From contig JBMOPW010000001.1 of NCBI GenBank assembly GCA_049322915.1, forward strand, positions 1-64,000: 64,000 nt of DNA, given 5' to 3'. The position numbers and the translations under genes are program-made. The DNA comes from Candidatus Zhuqueibacterota bacterium. GTDB lineage: Bacteria; Zhuqueibacterota; Zhuqueibacteria; Thermofontimicrobiales; Thermofontimicrobiaceae. A model generated the notes under the pieces. It did not search any database and was not told the DNA's origin. It saw only the letters and a list, made by a program, of their open reading frames with translations. This document shows, one piece after another, positions 58,928 through 64,000 of the stretch (position 1 is the first letter of the stretch; every line of letters begins with the position of its first letter).

Positions 58928-60037
58928 ATGGTTGCAAAAATTATTATCGCCACGGCCGCAATGGCCGGAATTAGCGGCATTCTTTCCATTCTGCTGGTGA
59001 TTGCAGAGCGGTTTCTGGGGAATTATGGTGAATGCAAAATTCTCATCAACAATGAAAAAGAACTGACGGTCAACGGCGGCGCTTCGATTCTGGCGTCGCT
59101 GAATCAGCAGAAAATTTTTCTGCCCTCGGCGTGCGGCGGACGGGGCACGTGCGCGTACTGCAAATGCAAGGTTTTCGAAGGTGTGGGACCGCTGCTGCCT
59201 ACGGAAGAACCATTGCTCACCAAGCAGGAAATCGACTCTCATGTGCGGCTGGCGTGCCAGGTGAAAGTGAAGCAGGACATAAAAATTGAAATACCTGAAG
59301 AATTGTTCAACATTAAAGAATTCGATGTTGACGTGGAGTCCATTAAAAATTTAACGTATGATATAAAATTGCTTCGATTGAAGCTGGTGGAACCGAAGGA
59401 GATAAATTTCATTCCTGGGCAATATGTGCTGTTGATTTCGAAACCATATCCCGGTGTGAAAGAATCGGTTTCGCGTGCATATTCCATTGCCTCACCCAAT
59501 TATGAAAAAAACCATCTCGATTTAATGGTGAGATTGGTGCCGGAAGGTATTTGCACCACATGGGTTCACCAGCATCTGCAGGAAAATGAGCGAATTAAAA
59601 TTGTCGGGCCTATGGGCGATTTTCAATTGCACAAGGGCGACGGCGAAATAATTATGATCGCCGGTGGTTCCGGTATGGCGCCTATGGTTTCGCTCTTGGC
59701 CGAAATCGCTGAAAAGAAAATCGATAGAAAAGTCACCTATTTTTTTGGATCCGTTGCAAAAAGAGATTTGTTTTACCTCGAAGAAATGGCTGCTTTTGAA
59801 AAACAGATCAGCAATTTTAAATTCGTTCCGGCCCTGTCTCAACCGGCAGAAGGCGATGAGTGGGAGGGCGAAACAGGGCTGATTACAATTCCGCTTTCAC
59901 AGTATATCAAAGACAATGACAATTCCAAAAGCCAGGCTTACTTGTGCGGCTCACCCGGAATGATAAACGCCTGCACAGTTATTTTGAAGAAATACAATTT
60001 TACAACCGACCGTATTTATTTCGATCCGTTCGCCTGA
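58928..60037 (+). CDS. nqrF: NqrF-like NADH-oxidising subunit (TM anchor, 2Fe-2S, FAD, NAD domains)
   Basis: SACGGRGTCAYC..RLACQ, RAYSIAS, GPMGDF, AGGSGMAP, YLCGSP, FDPF. Confidence 0.88.
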   Translation: MVAKIIIATAAMAGISGILSILLVIAERFLGNYGECKILINNEKELTVNGGASILASLNQQKIFLPSACGGRGTCAYCKCKVFEGVGPLLPTEEPLLTKQEIDSHVRLACQVKVKQDIKIEIPEELFNIKEFDVDVESIKNLTYDIKLLRLKLVEPKEINFIPGQYVLLISKPYPGVKESVSRAYSIASPNYEKNHLDLMVRLVPEGICTTWVHQHLQENERIKIVGPMGDFQLHKGDGEIIMIAGGSGMAPMVSLLAEIAEKKIDRKVTYFFGSVAKRDLFYLEEMAAFEKQISNFKFVPALSQPAEGDEWEGETGLITIPLSQYIKDNDNSKSQAYLCGSPGMINACTVILKKYNFTTDRIYFDPFA

Positions 60038-60064
60038 GATTTTAAGACGCAGAGGAGCTTCGCA

Positions 60065-60520
60065 ATGAAACCCACGCCTCATGAAAATAAAATTATTACA
60101 AATTTTCTGCCAGGGAAAATTTCCATGGATGGCTTTTTAGGAACCGATACCAGGCATGTGCACGATATTATTGCCGACGACAACCTGATACTGGAACGAT
60201 TGGGAGTTACGCATGAACAAATCGCTGATCGACTTCAGTTTTTCATCAATGAAGGGAAAAAAGCTATTGAGGGCGAAGCCTCGGTTAATCATTATCGTGT
60301 GAAAACGATTTGGAGCAGGGGAATGCTGGCATGCCCGTTCGGGGAACCGCGACTGCATCATAAAATTGTAACGACGGTGATCAATACAAAATTGGGTCAG
60401 GAAATCGTTTACTCGCAACTTAATGTGCACATGATCCGGGATCATGGATTTTTTGAAGGAAAAGGAGCGAAATTCAGAGTTGAACCGGAACGTGTTGTTC
60501 GTGTTCTGGAATTAAAATAA
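60065..60520 (+). CDS. Hypothetical protein at the end of the nqr-like operon
   Basis: gaggag RBS, 27 bp after nqrF; motifs GFLGTD, RGMLACPF, HMIRDHGFFEG. Confidence 0.75.
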   Translation: MKPTPHENKIITNFLPGKISMDGFLGTDTRHVHDIIADDNLILERLGVTHEQIADRLQFFINEGKKAIEGEASVNHYRVKTIWSRGMLACPFGEPRLHHKIVTTVINTKLGQEIVYSQLNVHMIRDHGFFEGKGAKFRVEPERVVRVLELK

Positions 60521-60767
60521 TTGCTGCAATCGACTCGCTTGTATTTTTATTTCTATCCCCAATTAGAACGCGTTTCAGATTGAAAAGTCGAAATACGCCT
60601 GGCTGTTCAACAGGTGTTCCTAACCGATAATAACAATTGCCATGCCTCTTCCCTTCAGAGATACCTGTCATTAATCAACGGTAATACTGACAATTTATTT
60701 CAGCGTGAAAACAAGAGGCGATTTTCAAGTGGCAACCCTGATGACTGTAAAAAATACAAAAAAAACC

Positions 60768-60821
60768 TTGATTCTAAATCTAATTTAAATTATATTTGTT
60801 TCAATTTAAAATAATTACAAA
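60768..60821 (+). promoter_or_regulatory. Sigma-70 promoter with candidate Fur/PerR-family operator upstream of ftn-dfx-tpx
   Basis: TTGATT-N17-TATATT followed by AATTTAAAATAATTACAAA, the inverted copy of the 33288 site. Confidence 0.7.
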
Positions 60822-60961
60822 TAAACTACTGTCTCCCTGATTGCACCGAGCCTTGAAAAGGCGGAAGGGTAAACAGTTGTTCATACATCAATTGGTATTT
60901 GAAAATTCATCAGTTGAAAATTTTCAAATGAAAAATTCACCTATAACAGAAAGAGGCTATT

Positions 60962-61480
60962 ATGATTTCCAATAAAATGACCGAGCAGATAAACGAACAG
61001 ATTAAGAATGAGTTATTCTCCGGCCATCTGTATTTATCGATGGCAGCCTATTGCGCTTCCAAGGATATGGACGGCTTTGCCAATTTCTTTGTCGTGCAGG
61101 AACAGGAAGAACGATTCCATGCGATGAAATTCTTCCACTACCTCGTCGAGCAAAACCAGGATGTTAAAATTTTCGGGTTGGATCAACCGCAGACGGAATT
61201 TAAATCGCTGGAAATAGTCATCGAGGAAGCCTGGAAGCATGAGCAAAAAGTGACAGCCATGATCAACAAATTGATGAAGTTAGCCGTGGAAGAGAATGAT
61301 TATGCCACTCAGAATTTGTTGAAATGGTATATCGATGAGCAGGTGGAAGAAGAGGCGACCATGCTGGGGCTTCTCAAAAAAATCAGATTAGTCGGCGAGA
61401 AGGGGCATGGCATTTTCATGATCGACCGCGATCTGGCGCAGCGAACCTACACTCCGCCAGCCGCTGCCGAGGAAGAATGA
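60962..61480 (+). CDS. ftn: Non-heme ferritin
   Basis: NEQIKNE..YLSMA, QEERFHAMK, HEQKVT, WYIDEQVEEE. Confidence 0.92.
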   Translation: MISNKMTEQINEQIKNELFSGHLYLSMAAYCASKDMDGFANFFVVQEQEERFHAMKFFHYLVEQNQDVKIFGLDQPQTEFKSLEIVIEEAWKHEQKVTAMINKLMKLAVEENDYATQNLLKWYIDEQVEEEATMLGLLKKIRLVGEKGHGIFMIDRDLAQRTYTPPAAAEEE

Positions 61481-61585
61481 TCAACTCATTTTACATGTAT
61501 CTTTCGACGGATCGAATAAGACCATTTTCATTTATTCAATTTTGAAATTTTCACATCGCTGTTTAACTGTGACAGGAGGTTAATC

Positions 61586-61960
61586 ATGACTCAATTAAAT
61601 CAGGTGTACAAGTGCAGTGTTTGCGGGAACATCGTCGAAGTCGTCCATACCGGCGCAGGCGAATTGGTCTGCTGTGGTCAGCCGATGAAGTTGCTCAAAG
61701 AGAACACAACTGAAGCGTCCACGGAAAAACACATTCCGGTGATTGAAAAATCAGGTTCGAAAGTAACGGTGACCATCGGCAGCGTGGAGCATCCCATGGA
61801 AGAGAAACATTACATCGAATGGATTGAAGTGCTGGCGGATGGTAAAGTGTACAGAAAGTACCTGAAGCCCGGCGACAAACCTCAGGCTGAATTTGAGATC
61901 ACCGCGAATAAGATCGAAGCTCGCGAGTACTGCAATTTGCATGGATTATGGAAAGCTTAA
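61586..61960 (+). CDS. dfx: Desulfoferrodoxin (superoxide reductase)
   Basis: [39 protein letters not shown]. Confidence 0.95.
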   Translation: MTQLNQVYKCSVCGNIVEVVHTGAGELVCCGQPMKLLKENTTEASTEKHIPVIEKSGSKVTVTIGSVEHPMEEKHYIEWIEVLADGKVYRKYLKPGDKPQAEFEITANKIEAREYCNLHGLWKA

Positions 61961-62008
61961 TCGCTGATTGGAAGCGTTCAAATTTCATTGGAAAATAAAG
62001 GAATCATT

Positions 62009-62536
62009 ATGGATAAATACAATGAACGTAAAGGATTGTATGCGCTGAAAGGCAATCCGCTCACGTTGCTGGGGCCGGCGCTCAAAGTCGGCGATAAGGC
62101 ACCGGCGTTTCAGGTCGTCGATAATGGACTCAAGCCGGTGAATCTGAGCGATTTTGCCGGGAAGGTGATCGTGCTGAGCGTCACTCCCTCGGTTGATACA
62201 ACGGTCTGCGATCTCCAGGCCAAGCGTTTCAACAAAATGGCGACAGAGGTTTCAGGCGATGTCGCGATTCTGAACATCAGTCTGGACATCCCATATGCCT
62301 TATCGCGCTGGTGCGCGGCCACCGGCTCGGATCAGATCAAAACGTTGAGCGATTATCAGGAGCGCGAGTTCAGTCTGAAGTATGGCCTGCTGGTCAAGGA
62401 ATTGAAATTATTGGCCCGCTCCGTCTGGTTGCTGGACAAAGAGGGGATTATTCGGTACATCGAAATCGTCCCTGAAATGGCGCAGGAACCAAATTATGAA
62501 AAAGCTCTGCACCATTTAACACAATTAGTTTCATAG
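62009..62536 (+). CDS. tpx: Thiol peroxidase (atypical 2-Cys peroxiredoxin)
   Basis: PSVDTTVC, ISLDIPYA.SRWC, LLARSV, EPNY. Confidence 0.9.
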   Translation: MDKYNERKGLYALKGNPLTLLGPALKVGDKAPAFQVVDNGLKPVNLSDFAGKVIVLSVTPSVDTTVCDLQAKRFNKMATEVSGDVAILNISLDIPYALSRWCAATGSDQIKTLSDYQEREFSLKYGLLVKELKLLARSVWLLDKEGIIRYIEIVPEMAQEPNYEKALHHLTQLVS

Positions 62537-62553
62537 ACTAAGTACCACAAGAC

Positions 62554-62597
62554 AATTCCAACACCTGGCCTTCAAAAAAGCAGGTGTTGGAATTTTT
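62554..62597 (+). terminator. Intrinsic terminator after tpx
   Basis: aattccaacacctg..caggtgttggaatt-ttt, 14-bp stem. Confidence 0.75.
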
Positions 62598-62706
62598 ATG
62601 TTCATCCGGAGAGAACTGGATATTCGGGATTGCAATCGGCAGGGGCACGGTCAAGTTTCTACCGAAACAATTCTTGGGCGATTCACCTACTTTTTCAGGA
62701 GATCCA

Positions 62707-64000
62707 ATGAAAAACTTTTTATTCTTTCTCACCTTACTGTTGGTGTGCGTTTCAGTGGTATTCGCACAGGATTTACCTGGCGGCGATGAAGCGCTTGGCA
62801 CCAAAAAGTACGATCAATATGAAAAACCGGAGGCGTGTAAAAGCTGTCATCCGGATATTTATCAGCAGTGGACCCAGGCTATGATGTCACAGGCGTACAC
62901 GCACCATTGGGATGAAATCGAATACTTCGATCTGGCGGTCGCGCACAGCAACGTCGATCCCAAAATCAAACCCGTCTCCGATGGCTGCAATGGCTGCCAT
63001 ACTCCGCTGGCCTTTCTGGCCGGCGATGTTCCGCCGCCCCGTCCCGCTGAGAATTCGCGCGCCAATGAAAGCGTGAGCTGCGATGTGTGCCATACGATTA
63101 ACTCTTTCAAAGGCGATACCCCATTCAACTTCAGTTTCGTTTCGCAGCCGGGCCGTAAAAAATGGGGCAACAAGCCGGGATTGGTTTCGCCCCATCACGA
63201 TACTGAAGAGAGCGATTTCATGAAGCAGGCCGAGTTCTGCGGTAATTGTCACAATGAAAAAGACCCGTACGGCATCTGGGTGAAATCGACTCACCTGGAA
63301 TGGAAAGATGGTCCCTATTCCAAAGAGGGCGTTCCCTGTCATCGCTGCCACATGCCGCAGGCCTGGGGCAAAAATGCAACCATGGCCAACGAGGCAATGG
63401 TGTCCCAGCATCTCTTCCACGGCGCGCATGATCCCGGTAAACTTGCCGGCGCGATTGAATTGCGCATGCATCCGGAAGAGCGGGACGTTCAATATGACGA
63501 CGTGGTTGTGCTCAAAGTTCAGCTATTCAACGCGAAAGCCGGACACAAAATTCCCACTGGCTCGGTTGAAGATCGCATCCTCTGGCTACATGTAACCGCC
63601 ACCGATGCCAACGGAAAAACGTACCATCTCCTGGTGGATAAGAAAGGCTTTGATGGAGAGGAATACACGATTGCCGCGGATGTCCTTGCTTATCAGGATA
63701 TGGGAATCCCCAAAGGCATCGCGGACTTCGCCGGCGTGCAACGCGATGGTGTGCCTGTGGGCGACCGTATTTTCCGCATGCCCTATTTCGATCCCCAGGG
63801 AAGAATGACCATCATGCAATGGAATACAGCTTCGCTCGGCGTGGATTACCGGATTGGGCCGCGAGAAACAAAAATTGAAACGTTTTCATGGACGCTGCCT
63901 GCGGATATTCCGCCAGGAAAAGTGACATTTAAAGCAGTACTCAATTATCAAAAACTGGTCAAACCCGTGGCTGATTACCTCAATGTTCCTGCCGATGAGA
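62707..64000 (+). CDS. Exported multiheme cytochrome c (c554-like), truncated by the window end; absent from the supplied ORF track
   Basis: aggaga RBS; MKNFLFFLTLLLVCVSVVFA signal peptide; CKSCH, CNGCH, CDVCH, CGNCH, CHRCH; KAGHKIPTG; frame appears open to 64000. Confidence 0.88.
   Translation, partial: MKNFLFFLTLLLVCVSVVFAQDLPGGDEALGTKKYDQYEKPEACKSCHPDIYQQWTQAMMSQAYTHHWDEIEYFDLAVAHSNVDPKIKPVSDGCNGCHTPLAFLAGDVPPPRPAENSRANESVSCDVCHTINSFKGDTPFNFSFVSQPGRKKWGNKPGLVSPHHDTEESDFMKQAEFCGNCHNEKDPYGIWVKSTHLEWKDGPYSKEGVPCHRCHMPQAWGKNATMANEAMVSQHLFHGAHDPGKLAGAIELRMHPEERDVQYDDVVVLKVQLFNAKAGHKIPTGSVEDRILWLHVTATDANGKTYHLLVDKKGFDGEEYTIAADVLAYQDMGIPKGIADFAGVQRDGVPVGDRIFRMPYFDPQGRMTIMQWNTASLGVDYRIGPRETKIETFSWTLPADIPPGKVTFKAVLNYQKLVKPVADYLNVPADE

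Noticed and set aside
62862..63819. Minus-strand and short ORFs listed near the window end
   Set aside because: Shadows of the + strand multiheme cytochrome starting at 62707

Overview
A 64-kb bacterial chromosomal segment using the standard code, almost certainly from a diderm anaerobe or microaerophile; a KSB1/Calditrichota-like lineage is only an impression. I found no rRNA, tRNA or CRISPR array. (1) 0.5-3.5 kb: two ABC-2-type permeases. (2) 3.9-11.4 kb, minus strand: a candidate trans-envelope signalling module. A membrane-bound CHASE2-like sensor fused directly to a sigma-54 activator sits upstream of a correctly spaced -24/-12 promoter. The promoter drives an operon of an OM beta-barrel, a paralogous barrel fused to a transglutaminase-like Cys protease domain, a FecR-like/TPR protein and a lipoprotein. 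(3) 11.8-19.5 kb: miscellaneous genes, including an AT-richer M28 peptidase followed by a degenerate attC-like site, and a HerA-like ATPase. (4) 19.6-64 kb: a large respiration and oxidative-stress region. It contains two Fur/PerR paralogues; a cytochrome-c-fused, Q-loop-less cytochrome bd-like pair apparently co-transcribed with an ActE-less alternative complex III; Rrf2-cydAB; rubrerythrins; an exported GPx-like peroxidase; anchor-less SdhAB; IscS/IscU/TusA; a YyaL gene with an in-frame TGA; PAS/MEDS kinases; ferredoxin plus an NqrA-less NqrBCDEF-like complex; ferritin-SOR-Tpx; and a multiheme cytochrome c cut by the window end. Intergenic regions carry many REP-like or short tandem repeats. 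All calls come from manual motif reading, not database searches.
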